NCBI RefSeq assembly: GCF_009914755.1
Contig: NC_060947.1
Source: the human T2T-CHM13v2.0 reference genome, Homo sapiens
DNA: 64,000 nt
Direction: 5' to 3' (one strand)
Translations under genes and position numbers: made by a program
Shown here: positions 1-11,390 of the stretch, piece by piece
Layout of the letters: every line of letters starts with the position of its first letter
Numbering within the stretch: the first letter of the stretch is position 1
The notes under the pieces: generated by a model
Told to the model about the DNA's origin: nothing
Database searches by the model: none
Seen by the model: the letters and a program-made list of their open reading frames with translations, nothing else

Positions 1-249
1 GGAGGTATGGGCCTTGGGAAACACCTTCCTGTACTGATATGCTTCCTTGCATAGACGGACAAGTACTGGGAACTTGGGCTATCCAGAATTGGAACAGAGC
101 CAAATACAGAACTATGATCCTAGGGAAGGACTCTAGGCCCAAGAAGTACCATGGAACAGGGGCCACAAACATGTCTCTAGTATTAAAAATGGGTTTTATA
201 ATGTGTATACTTTAGCTACCTGTCTCAATGTACATGTTTACATGTTAAA

Positions 250-577
250 AAATCCCTACCCCAGACATGAAAATTAAAATTCTGGGGGTAGAACACAATA
301 ATCTGCATTTTTAATAAGCTGCCAAAGTTGGGTTGTCAGATTTAAGAAATAAAAATACAAAATGTCCAATTGAATGTTATGTTCAGATGAACAGCAAATC
401 ATATTTTATTACAAATATGTTCCAAATGTTGCAAGTGGCATACTTATACTATTATTTGTTATTTAATCTGAAAAATTATTTGTTGTTTATCTGAAATTCA
501 AATTTAACTGGGTGTCCCGTATTTGATCTGGCAGAATACACCTGATTCTGATGTACTCAGAAATTAGAGAAGCACTC
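250..577. mobile_element. MER5A-like hAT DNA transposon fragment, split by MER53
   Basis: 'aatctgcatttttaataagct' before the MER53 and 'tgattctgatg' after it are typical MER5 motifs; boundaries approximate. Confidence 0.55.
330..535. mobile_element. MER53 palindromic hAT element
   Basis: Starts gggttgtcagattt and ends atctggca; arms are complementary (ttcagatgaacagca ... tgttgtttatctgaaattcaaatttaactggg). Confidence 0.8.
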
Positions 578-1322
578 CTTTAGAAGAACTTCAGTTCTGG
601 ACAAATTCCCTTTCCAATAATTTGTGTTAAGGAAACTGGAGAAGTAAGCAGTTATTGAAACAGGGGTGTGAAGAGGGGGCTTTGGTCAAAGAGAAATACC
701 AAAGTCCCTAGTTCACTAGAACTAAACGGAATCAGGGCTGTACAATGAGGTGGAGGTAAGTAACTTCAAGTCACCCAACCAGGACCCTTTAAATTAGAAC
801 CAAGGTCTGGATTTTTCCTAGAGCAGTAGTTCTCAATGGGTAGAAAAGAACCTTTCTCCAAAAAAAAACATATTACAGGGCCTCATCCAATGAATCATAA
901 AATTAGGGTTCTGGAGTAAGTGATTTTTTTCATTTTGAGGACCACTATCACAGTTACAGCTTGCAAATAGAACAGAAACTACATCTGGTCCTTATAAAAT
1001 GTGCCTATTGTCTCTATCCTGACTCAGCAGATAGTAGATTTCTTCAGTACTACCTAGCCAGCCATTTTCTACCCCTATCATACCACAGGTTCTTCTCTCC
1101 ATTTGTAGAATGACAAGCAACTTAATAACCCTTGCAGCTCTGTGTCCATTCCCTTTCATCCTGGTGATTGCCAAGGACTTAGCAGGCACTAGTGTGCAGT
1201 AATGCTTACAAGTTTGAGGAGACTGGATAGACAGGTGGATCCATTTTCCTAACAGATATATTCTGAAAGTTCTCCTACTGCCCTTATGTCAAGTGTGTGC
1301 TGTATTTACAGGTCTTGTTTTC

Positions 1323-1776
1323 TGTCAGGCCTCTGAGCCCAAGCCAAGCCATCGCATCCCCTGTGACTTGCACATATATGCCCAGATGGCCTGAAGTAAC
1401 TGAAGAATCACAAAAGAAGTGAATATGCCCTGCCCCACCTTAACTGATGACATTCCACCACAAAAAGAAGTGTAAATGGCCAGTCCTTGCCTTAAGTGAT
1501 GACATTACCTTGTGAAAGTCCTTTTCCTGGCTCATCCTGGCTCAAAAAGCTCCCCCACTAAGCATCTTGAGACCCCCACTCCTGCCCGCCAGAGAACAAA
1601 CCCCCTTTGACTGTAATTTTCCTTTACCTACCCAAATCCTATAAAACGGCCCCACCCTTATCTCCCTTCACTGACTCTCTTTTCAGACTCAGCCCGCCTG
1701 CACCCAGGTGAAATAAACAGCCATGTTGCTCACACAAAGCCTGTTTGGTGGTCTCTTCACATGGATGCGCATGAAA
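1323..1776 (+). promoter_or_regulatory. HERV-H 5' LTR (LTR7, LTR7up-like)
   Basis: tgtcaggcctctgagccc...gcatgaaa; TATA box tataaaa at 1640-1646, aataaa at 1712-1717, duplicated acaaaaga-type motif. Confidence 0.95.
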
Positions 1777-1778
1777 TT

Positions 1779-1796
1779 TGGTGCTGAAACCCAGGA
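1779..1796 (+). promoter_or_regulatory. tRNA-Phe-complementary primer binding site (extra PBS)
   Basis: tggtgctgaaacccagga versus the tRNA-Phe(GAA) 3'-end complement TGGTGCCGAAACCCGGGA: 16/18, both mismatches are CpG transitions. Confidence 0.85.
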
Positions 1797-1799
1797 ATT

Positions 1800-1817
1800 T
1801 GGTGCCGTGACTCGGAT
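1800..1817 (+). promoter_or_regulatory. tRNA-His primer binding site
   Basis: tggtgccgtgactcggat matches the tRNA-His 3'-end complement 18/18. Confidence 0.95.
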
Positions 1818-1940
1818 CAGGGGACCTCCCTTGGGAGATCAATCCCCTGTACTCCTGTTCTTTGCTCTGTGAGAAAGATCCACCTATGACCTCAGGTCCT
1901 CAGACCGACAAGCCCAAGGAACATCTCACCAATTTTAAAT

Positions 1941-1949
1941 CAAGTAAGC
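1941..1949 (+). promoter_or_regulatory. HERV-H major splice donor position
   Basis: caa|gtaagc after aattttaaat, at the position where HERV-H chimeric transcripts usually splice. Confidence 0.6.
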
Positions 1950-2230
1950 AGCCTCTTCTTACTCTCTTCTCCAACCTCTCTCACTGTCCCTCAACCACTT
2001 TCTCCTTTCCACTCTTCAATCTCTCCCTTCTCTTAATTTCAATTCCTTTCATTTTTCTGGGAGAGACAAAGCAGACACGTTTTATCCGTGGACCCAAAAC
2101 TCCGGCGCCGGTCACGGACTGGGAAGGCAGCCTTCCCTTGGTGTTTAATCATTGCAGAGATGCCTCTCTGATTATACACCCACATTTCAAGGGTGTCAGA
2201 CCACGCAGGGACGCCTGCCTTGGTCCTTCA

Positions 2231-2530
2231 CCCTTAGCGGCAAGTCCCGCTTTTCTGGGGAAGGGGCAAGTACCTCAACCTCTGCTATCCTTGTCTCTAC
2301 CCCTTCTCTGCTTTTCTGGGAGAGGGGAAAGTACCCCTCAACCCCTTCTCCTTCACTCTTAGCGGCAAGTCCCGCTTTTCTGGGGAAGGGCCAAGTACCC
2401 CAACCCCTTCTCTCCTTGTCTCTACCCCTTCTCTGCTTTTCTGGGGGAGAGGCAAGTACCCCTCAACCCCTTCTCCTTCACTCTTAGCAGCAAGTCCCGC
2501 TTTTCTAGAGGAGGGGCAAGTACCCCAACC
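2231..2530 (+). repeat. ~125-bp tandem repeat (about 2.4 copies) in the HERV-H leader
   Basis: cttagc(g/a)gcaagtcccgcttttct recurs near 2233, 2358 and 2483. Confidence 0.85.
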
Positions 2531-2720
2531 TCATATCTCTGTGCCCCAATCCCTTATTTCCATGCCCCAACCTCTTATCTCTGTGCCCCAATCCCTTATT
2601 TCTGTGCCCCAACCCCTTATTTCCATGTCCCGACCCCTTATTTCCATGCCCCAACCCCTTATTTCTGCACCCCATCCCTTTTTTCCATGCCCCAACCTCT
2701 TATCTCTGTGCCCCAACCCC
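2531..2720 (+). repeat. 21-bp C-rich minisatellite (about 9 copies) in the HERV-H leader
   Basis: Unit about tatttc(tg/ca)tgccccaacccct; gives the 7-aa periodic junk ORFs (PQPLIS[M/V]). Confidence 0.9.
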
Positions 2721-2809
2721 TTTTCCCACTTTTCTGGAAGGTAAGAACCCCCGAACCCCTTACCTCCATTTCTCTACTCTCTCTTTTCTCTAGGCTTGCT
2801 TCCTTCACT

Positions 2810-3960
2810 ATGGGCAACTTTCCACCCTCCATTCCTCCTTCTACTCCCTTGGCCTGTGTTCTCAAAAACTTAAAACCTCTTCAACTCACACCTGACCTAA
2901 AACCTAAATGCCTTATTTTCTTCTGCAATGCTGCTTGACACCAATACAAACTCGACAGTAGTTCCAAATAGCCAGAAAATGGCACTTTGAATTTTTCCAT
3001 CCTGCAAGATTCTAAATAATTCTTGTCATAAAATAGGCAAATGGTCTGAGGTGCCTGACGTCCAGGCATTCTTTTACACATCAGTCCCTTCCTAGTCTCT
3101 GTGCCCAGTGCAACTCATCCCAAATCTTCTTTCTTTCCCTCCCGCCTATTCCCTCTGTACCAACCCCAAGCGTTGCTGAGTCTTTCTAATCTTCCTTTTC
3201 TACAGACCCATCTGACCTCTCCCTTCCTCCCCAGGCTGCTCCTCGCCAGGCCGAGCTAGGTCCCAATTCTTCCTCAGCCTCTGCTCCTCCACCCTATAAT
3301 CTTTTTATCACCTCCCCTCCTCACACCTGGTCCGGCTTACAGTTTCCTTCGGTGACTAGCCCTCCCCCTCCTGCCCAGCAATTTACTCTTAAAAAGGTGG
3401 CTGGAGCTAAAGGCATAGTCAAGGTTAATGCTCCTTTTTCTTTATCCCAAATCAGATAGCGTTTAGTCTCTTTTTCATCAAATGTAAAAACCCAGCCCAG
3501 TTCATGACTTCTTTGGCAGCAACCCTGAGACACTTTACAGCCCTAGACCCTAAAAGGTCAAAAGGCCATCTTATTCTCAAAGTACATTTTATTACCCAAT
3601 CTGCTCCCGACATTAAATAAAACTCCAAAAATTAATTTCTGGCCCTCAAACCCCACAACAGGATTTAATTAACCTCACCTTCAAGGTGTACAATAATAGA
3701 AAAAAGTTGCAATTCCTTGCCTCCACTGTGAGACAAATCCCAGCCACATCTCCAGCACATAAGAACTTCCAAATGCCTGAACCACAGTGGCCAGACGTTC
3801 CTCCAGAACCTCCTCCCACAGGAGCTTGCTACACGTGCCAGAAATCTGGCCACAGGGCCAAGGAATGCCCGCAGCCCGGGATTCCTCCTAAGCTGCATCC
3901 CATCTGTGTGGGACCCCACTGAAAATCAGACTGTTCAACTCACCTGGCAGCCACTCCCAG
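2810..3960 (+). pseudogene. HERV-H gag remnant
   Basis: MGNFPPSIPPSTPLACVL start; zinc knuckle CYTCQKSGHRAKEC; second knuckle broken by a stop; multiple stops. Confidence 0.85.
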
Positions 3961-4059
3961 AGCCCCTGGAACTCTGGCCCAAGGCTCTCTGACTCCTTCC
4001 CAGATCTTCTCGGCTTAGCGGCTGAAGACTGACGCTGCCCGATCGCCTCGGAAGCCCCC

Positions 4060-6250
4060 TAGACCATCACGGACGCCGAGCTTCCGGTAACTCTCCCAGT
4101 GGAAGGTAAGCCCATCCCCTTCTTAATCAATACGGAGGCTACCCACTCCACATTACCTTCTTTTCAAGGGCCTGTTTCCCTTGTCTCCATAACTGTTGTG
4201 GGTATTGATGGCCAGGCTTCTAAACCTCTTAAAACTCCCCAACTCTGGTGCCAACTTAGACAATACTCTTTTAAGCACTCCTTTTTACTTATCTCCACCT
4301 GCCCAGTTCCCTTATTAGGCTGACACTGTAACTAAATTATCTGCTTCCCTGACTATTCCTGGACTACAGCTAAATCTCATTGCCGCCCTTCTTCCCAATC
4401 CAAAGCCTCCTTTGCGTCCTCCTCTTGTATCCCCCCCACCTTAACCCACAAGTATAAGATACCTCTACTCTCTCCTTGGCGACCGATCATGCACCCCTTA
4501 CCATCTCATTAAAACCTAATCACCCTTACCCCACTCAATGTCAATATCCCATCCCGCAGCACGCTTTAAAAAGATTAAAGCCTATTATCACTCGCCTGCT
4601 ACAGCATGGCCTTTTAAAGCCTATAAACTCTCCTTACAATTCCCCCATTTTACCTGTCCTAAAACCAGACAAGCCTTACAAGTTAGTTCAGGATCTGTGC
4701 CTTATCAACCAAATTGTTTTGCCTATCCACCCCATGGTGCCAAACCCATATACTCTCCTATCCTCAATACCTGCCTCTACAACCCATTATTCTGTTCTAG
4801 ATCTCAAACGTGCTTTCTTTACTATTCCTTTGCACCCTTCATCCCAGCCTCTCTTCGCTTTCACTTGGACTGACCCTGACACCCATCAAGCTCAGCAAAT
4901 TACCTAGGCTGTACTGCCGCAAAGCTTCACAGACAGCCCCCATTACTTCAATCAAGCCCAAATTTCTTCCTCATCTGTTACCTATCTCGGTATAATTCTC
5001 ATAAAAACACACGTGCTCTCCCTGCCAATCGTGTCCGACTGATCTCTCAAACCCCAGCACCTTCTACGAAACAACAACTGCTTTCCTTCCTAGGCATGGT
5101 TAGCGCGGTTGGAATTCTTACACAAAAGCCAGGACCACACCCTGTAGCCTTTCTGTCCAAACAACTTGACCTTACTGTTTTAGCCTAGCCCTCATGTCTG
5201 TGTGCAGTGGCTGCCACTGCTTTAATACTTTTAGAGGCCCTCAAAATCACAAACTATGCTCAACTCACTCTCTACAGTTCTCATAACTTCCAAAATCTAT
5301 TTTCTTCCTCATACCTGATGCATATACTTTCTGCTTCCCGGCTCCTTCAGCTACACTCACTGTTGAGTCTCCCACAATTACCGTTGTTCCTGGCCCAGAC
5401 TTCAATCCGGCCTCCCACATTATTCCTGATACCACACCTGACCCCCATGACTGTATCTCTCTGATCCAACTGACATTCGCCCCATTTCCCCAAATTTCCT
5501 TCTTTCCTGTTCCTCACCCTGATCACGCTTGATTTATTGATGGCGGTTCCACCAGGCCTAATCGCCACACACCAGCAAAGGCAGGTTATGCTATAGTACA
5601 AGCCACTAGCCCGCCTCTTAGAACCTCTCATTTCCTTTCCACGTGGAAATCTATCCTCAAGGAAATAACTTCTCAGTGTTCCATCTGCTATTCTACTACT
5701 CCTCAGGGATTATTCAGGCTCCCTCCCTTCCCTACACATCAAGCTCGAGGATTTGCCCCACCCAGGACTGGCAAATTAGCTTTACTCAACATGCCCTAGT
5801 CAGGAAACTAAAATACCTCTTAGTCTAGGTAGATACTTTCACTGGATAGGTAGAGGCCTTTCCTACAGGGTCTGAGAAGGCCACCATAGTCATTTCTTCC
5901 GTTCTGTCAGACATAATTCCTCAGTTTAGCCTTCCAACCTCAATACCGTCTGATAACAGCTGAGCCTTTATTAGTCAAATCAGCCAAGCAGTTTTTCAGG
6001 CTGTTAGTATTCAGTGAAACCTTTATATCCCTTACAGTCCTCCGTCTTCAAGAAAAGTAGAATGGACTAAAGGTCTTTTAAAAACACACCTCACCAAGCT
6101 CAGCCACCAAAAAGGACTGGACAATACTTTTACCACTTTCCCTTCTCAGAATTCAGGCCTGTCCTCAGAATGCTACAGGGTACAGCCCATTTAAGCTCCT
6201 GTATAGACGCTCCTTTTTATTAGGCCCCAGTCTCATTCCAGACACCAGAC
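4060..6250 (+). pseudogene. HERV-H pro/pol remnant (protease, RT, RNase H, integrase; deleted and frameshifted)
   Basis: LINTEATHS (dead DTG motif), SPYNSPILPVLKP...VQDL, LDLKRAFF, integrase DWQISFT. Confidence 0.88.
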
Positions 6251-6835
6251 CAACTTAGACTGTGCCCCAAAAAACTTGTCATCCCTACTATCTTCTGTCT
6301 AGTCATACTCCTATTCACAGTTCTCAACTAGTCATACATGCCCTGCTCTTGTTTACACTGCTGGTTTACAGTGTTTTTCCAAGCCATCACAGCTGATATC
6401 TCCTAGTGCTATCCCCAAACTGCCACTCTTAACTCTTGAAGTAAATAAATAATCTTTGCTGGCAGGACTATGCTGAATCTCCTTAGGCACTCTCTAATCA
6501 GATATCCTGAGTCGTCCCAATTCTTAGGCTTTTTATACCTGTTTTTCTCCTTCTGTTATTCCATTTAGTTTCTCAATTCATCCAAAACTGTATCCAGTCC
6601 ATCACCAATCATTCTATACGACAAACGTTTCTTCTAACATCCCCACAATATCACCCCTTACCACAAGACCTCCCTTCAGCTTAATCCCTCCCACTCTAGG
6701 TTCCCACGCCGCCCCTAATCCCGCTTGAAGCAGCCCTGAGAAACATCGCCCATTCTCTCTCTCCATACCACCCCCCAAAAATTTTCACTGCCCCAACACT
6801 TCAACACTATTTTGTTTTATTTTTCTTATTAATAT

Positions 6836-6848
6836 AAGAAGGCAGGAA
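6836..6848 (+). promoter_or_regulatory. Polypurine tract
   Basis: aagaaggcaggaa lies immediately before the 3' LTR. Confidence 0.9.
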
Positions 6849-7302
6849 TGTCAGGCCTCTGAGCCCAAGCCAAGCCATGGCATCCCCTGTGACTTGCACA
6901 TATATGCCCAGATGGCCTGAAGTAACTGAAGAATCACAAAAGAAGTGAATATGCCCTGCCCCACCTTAACTGATGACATTCCACCACAAAAGAAGTGTAA
7001 ATGGCCAGTCCTTGCCTTAAGTGATGGCATTACCTTGTGAAAGTCCTTTTCCTGGCTCATCCTGGCTCAAAAAACACCCCCCACTGAGCACCTTGCGACC
7101 CCCACTCCTGCCCGCCAGAGAACAAACCCCCTTTGACTGTAATTTTCCTTTACCTACCCAAATCCTATAAAATGGCCCCACCCTTATCTCCCTTCACTGA
7201 CTCTCTTTTCAGACTCAGCCCGCCTGCACCCAGGTGAAATAAACAGCCATGTTGCTCACACAAAGCCTGTTTGGTGGTCTCTTCACACGGACGCGCATGA
7301 AA
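6849..7302 (+). promoter_or_regulatory. HERV-H 3' LTR (LTR7)
   Basis: About 10 substitutions and 2 single-base indels versus the 5' LTR; aataaa at 7238-7243. Confidence 0.95.
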
Positions 7303-8020
7303 TTTTCCACAGCCACATACCATCTATTGCATAGTGCTGTTATCGGCCCAGCACAGCCAGGTTCTGCCTTGTGCCTACTGTCTTATCACATTTTCATTAT
7401 GACCCAAATGTCAGCACAAAGTAGCCTACTTTCTGTTGGATTAAGAAACAACTCATTCTGATGAGACTTCAATTCTCAGTCCTGCAAAAATGAAAGGAAC
7501 GCCTTTTCATGGGAAGGCCTGACAGAGCACTGGTGCCAATGGCTTGGTTTAATTGCTGTTTTCCACTGATTGTGCTGCCCACTAGTCCCAGGTGTGGCAT
7601 CAAAGGGATGCTTCCTGGCCAAAAAGGAAATCTTTGTCTTAACTGCTCTCCCACCCCCACCCTCATCCCAGCACGACCAAAGCCCTCTGGAGAATGGACC
7701 ACAGTCTACAGCATCAGCTCATTAGGAAGTGACATTCCAGGCATTCCAGAGATTAATTGGCCACTGTTAAGACAGAATAGAGGCCATGCAACAGCCAAAC
7801 AGGGAAACCACACACATACAGACAGATGCAAACATACAGACTTTTTATTTCAAAACATGGCAGAATTGAGGCCTACAAAATGCATAGGTAAAAACCAAAT
7901 ACCATACACCCAAATGAGGAATATTCCTCATAGTGATGTGCATTAGCATTCCCCATGGTACTGGCCAATTTTTCTTGTGTGGGAGTTATTCTTGTCATCT
8001 TATTTGTCCCCATACGCTTC

Positions 8021-8130
8021 TGAACTGTGAAATCCTTGAGGGTAAGGTCCATGTCTTTTTCATCTCTATTATTTACTCACAGCACTTAGCATAAGGCCTG
8101 GCTTAGAGTGGGCACTTTATAAATGTTTAT
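8021..8130 (+). mobile_element. L2 3'-end fragment
   Basis: ctgtgaaatccttgagggt...gcacttagcataaggcctggc...ataaatgttt resembles the L2 terminus. Confidence 0.6.
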
Positions 8131-8624
8131 AAAATAGAAGCGGTGGCAGAATACAGAAAGATGGGCAACAGAAGAGGAAGTGTGGGGCAACTTTCAAATC
8201 TGGACCAAGTGTCAGCAGTTGAATCCAAAGTAGAAAAAAAGCAATTATAGAACAGAAGAAATGGTGACAAAAGAGCATAAAAATGGGCAGACTGCAACTT
8301 TGACCAATGTTTGAGCTGGAAGTGGCCTTTCCCTATCAGCAAGAATTACAGGAAAATTCAAACTGCTTATGTCACCTGCCATCGAGAAGATTTTTTAAAA
8401 TGAGAAGAGATTAATGAAGACAAATAAAATGAAAAGGAAATTATCATCTCAACCTTTTCTCAGTTCCACATTTACATTTGTGCTATTCTCCCCTCCTTAT
8501 TCCCCCTGCCTACGAAATCTTATCCATTCTTTAAGGCATAGCTCCACAGGTCTCCAGAATGTTGTTGAAATTAATGTTTTGTTTCTGGTCTCAATCCAAA
8601 TAAGCTGTGCTTTGGGGGAACAAC

Positions 8625-8737
8625 AGACTCTCATGTCTTTGATGGAAGTCAACGTGTCTTCTGTTTCTCTTCTTGATACTCCAAGCACCTAGAATAGTGT
8701 TGGACCTACTATAGGGACTTAATAAATATTTGTTGTT
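8625..8737 (+). mobile_element. L2 3'-end fragment
   Basis: agcacctagaatagtgttgg...aataaatatttgttg. Confidence 0.55.
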
Positions 8738-9309
8738 TGCCTGATTTATGGTGAATAGAAAACTAACTCTGCAGACTGCTGGAGATAATCCCTCTCCTGT
8801 GGAAACAGTTTTAATTTGGCTTCAATAAATAAAAAACTAGGCTCTTCTCACACAGAATAGCCCTATTATCCTTTGGGGATTGTTTTTCATTGCCTAGTGG
8901 AACAGCAAGTCTGTTATGATTAAGGAATAGAAGGCGTATGTACCTCTGGTGTGGGAAGTTGGAACGAGTGACATAAAACTCTTCAGTGAGATTACTGATG
9001 GTTTGTGTTTTCTCTTTAATCAAGAAAAAGGGACTAGAAGCTATGGAGGAAATTTTAGATCCCATATCCCTTGATTGTTAAACAACAGTAACAGGATTCT
9101 GGCTTACTTCAAAGAATGGTCAGAGGACACACAGGGATGACATACTAAAAGATGGCAAGAAAATTAAAGGGAGTAGGACATGCTCGAGCACAACTGATCA
9201 AAAGTAGGGTTAAAGAATCCTGCCAGGGAAGTAGAGCCCAGATGATCAAATCTGTGGAGCGAAGAGGAGCCCAAATTCCAGAATTTTCCACATGCCTAAT
9301 ACAGGACAG

Positions 9310-10298
9310 TGTGGTATGTAGCCTTCTAAGATTCCCCACCCCTTGCAATGATCTCTGTCTTCTAGGATTTGCATTCTTGTGTAATTCCCTTCTGTTGTTA
9401 AATCTACTCCCTTAGTTTGTAGACTGGATCTAGTAACTTGCTTCTAACTAATAGAACATAACAAAAATGAAGGAATATTACTTTTGAGATTCAGTTATAA
9501 ATGATTTTGACTTCCATTGTCTTTGTACACTTTCTCTTGCTCTCTTCTGCTTGCTCACATTGATGAAGCTATCTTCCATGTTACAAACTGCTCTACAGAG
9601 AGGCTCACATAGCAAGGAACACAGAGCATCTTCTGGCTCTGGCCCACAGCCAGTGAAGAACAAAGGCCTTTAGTCCAACCGCCCCCAAGATCTGAATCCT
9701 GCCAACGACCCCTGAGTAAGCTTGAAAGCACTCTCCCACTAGAACATGGAGGTACCTGTGGCCCTGGCCATCACCTCGTTTGCAGACTTTTGAGAGACTA
9801 TGGGTCAGAGAACCAAACTAAGCCACCTTCAGATTCCTGACCCACAGATACTGTGCAATGATAAATGTGTGATGTTGTAAGCTGCTAACATTTAGGGTAT
9901 TTTGCTACACACGATGGATCTATTAGTCTGTTGTCACGCTGCTAATAAAGATATACCTGAGACTGGGTAATTTATAAATAAAAGAGGTTTAATTGACTCA
10001 CAGTTCCACATGGCTGAAGAGGCCTCACAATCATGGCAGAAGGCAAGGAGGAGCAAAGTTACGTCTTACATGGCAGCAGGCAAGAGAGCATGTGAAGAGG
10101 AGCTGCCCTTTATAAAACCATCAGGTCTCGTGAGACTTATTCACTATCATGAGAATAGCGTTGGAAAAACCCACCCCTATGATTCAATTACCTCTCACTG
10201 GGTCCTTCCTGTGACACGTGGGAATTATGGGAGCTATAATTCAAGATGAGATTTGGGTGGGGGCACAGCCAAACCACATCAATGGATAACTGATAAAA
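9310..10298 (+). mobile_element. MLT1-family MaLR solo LTR, interrupted near its 3' end by THE1
   Basis: cagattcctgacccacagatactgtg...taagctgctaa...; resumes as taactgata after the THE1. Confidence 0.75.
9919..10281 (-). mobile_element. THE1 (THE1B-like) solo LTR
   Basis: 363 bp, matches the reverse THE1 consensus; perfect TSD atgga (9914-9918 and 10282-10286). Confidence 0.92.
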
Positions 10299-11189
10299 CA
10301 GAAAAAGCAGCCTCTGTGCTCATGCAAGGGTGACAGTGATGTGGGCCTTTAACATTTTGAGGATACAAGTGACAGCAAATATGAGATTACAGTGCTGATC
10401 ATTATAAGGCAGCAGGGAAGGGGACTATTTTAGAAACAAGATCCTATAAAAGCCTTTTGCCCTTTACCTATTGTTTACCATGGACGCATAATGGAAACAG
10501 AATCAAGGACATAGAGAAGGATGCTTCAACTAAGATCCAATTCTTTTGAGTAACAAACTCAAAGGAATTCACAGCCTGAGTCAGTATCATGGTCTAGTCA
10601 GCCCAGACATCTATATTTACCAGTTACCTGGAGGGACAGAAATTTTCCCTGTGACCTCTTTCCCAAGTGTTCACTTGAATCACAGGGACTTGGATGGGAA
10701 GGGGAAATAGAAGGTCCCTATTAGGTCTGTAGCCTCCTAGATGTGCTGTGTGAATCATAGAGGAAGTCAATAAGGAGGCAAATGAAGAATATTAACTTGA
10801 GCAGGATGGTGAGAGGAAGGCAGAGTGCCTGCAACAGTCGCTGAACCTGTTCACTGTTTACTGGGATAGAAGTTGGGGGGTGATGTGGGGCAAGATGAAA
10901 GTCAGAGCTGAGACAACATGCAAGTGCTTCCAGTACCTATGTTCCAGCTACCTTAAATCATGGTTTTTTTTGATCTGTTGAAATGGGGTGGTCGGGGATG
11001 GGGTGAAAGAGATTTGCAAAATTTGGGCCCAAAATGATGTTGCCTTATTTTTTATTTCTAGTCCTTCTAGAGCAATGACAACACAGTGCTTTATGCAAAT
11101 CATCACAGACCCTGCTACAATGCCAGTTCTCTACTGGTCCTAGGTCTCACCTTAGTAGCCCTGCCTCACTGTCATTTGTGCCCTTTCAC

Positions 11190-11390
11190 AATAATAGGAA
11201 ATAATTATCCGATATATTTCATTGTTTGAATTTCACAAGAAGCCTATGGAGTGGATAAGAAAGGCATTGTGGTTCCTATTTTATGGATCAGCAAGTTGAT
11301 ACCCATGAAGTTAATCAACTGGTATAAAGGCACACAGCTAGTTAGTGGCAGAGCTGGTGCAGAAGGCAGGTATTTGGATTTCTAATGCAA
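11190..11390 (-). mobile_element. MIR
   Basis: cctattttatggat...aaggcacacagctagttagtggcagagctgg, the MIR core. Confidence 0.7.

Larger units (their letters stand above)
1323..7302 (+). mobile_element. HERV-H provirus (common ~6 kb internally deleted form, LTR7)
   Basis: Two 454-bp LTRs, perfect 5-bp TSD ttttc (1318-1322 and 7303-7307), tRNA-His PBS, PPT, and gag/pro/pol remnants. Confidence 0.97.

Noticed and set aside
2531-2720. Regularly spaced repeats resembling a CRISPR array
   Set aside because: These are contiguous 21-bp tandem units without unique spacers, inside a primate ERV.
1862-2938. Several 60-166 aa ORFs in the HERV-H leader
   Set aside because: They arise from C-rich tandem repeats and generic HERV-H leader sequence, with no sign of a real protein.
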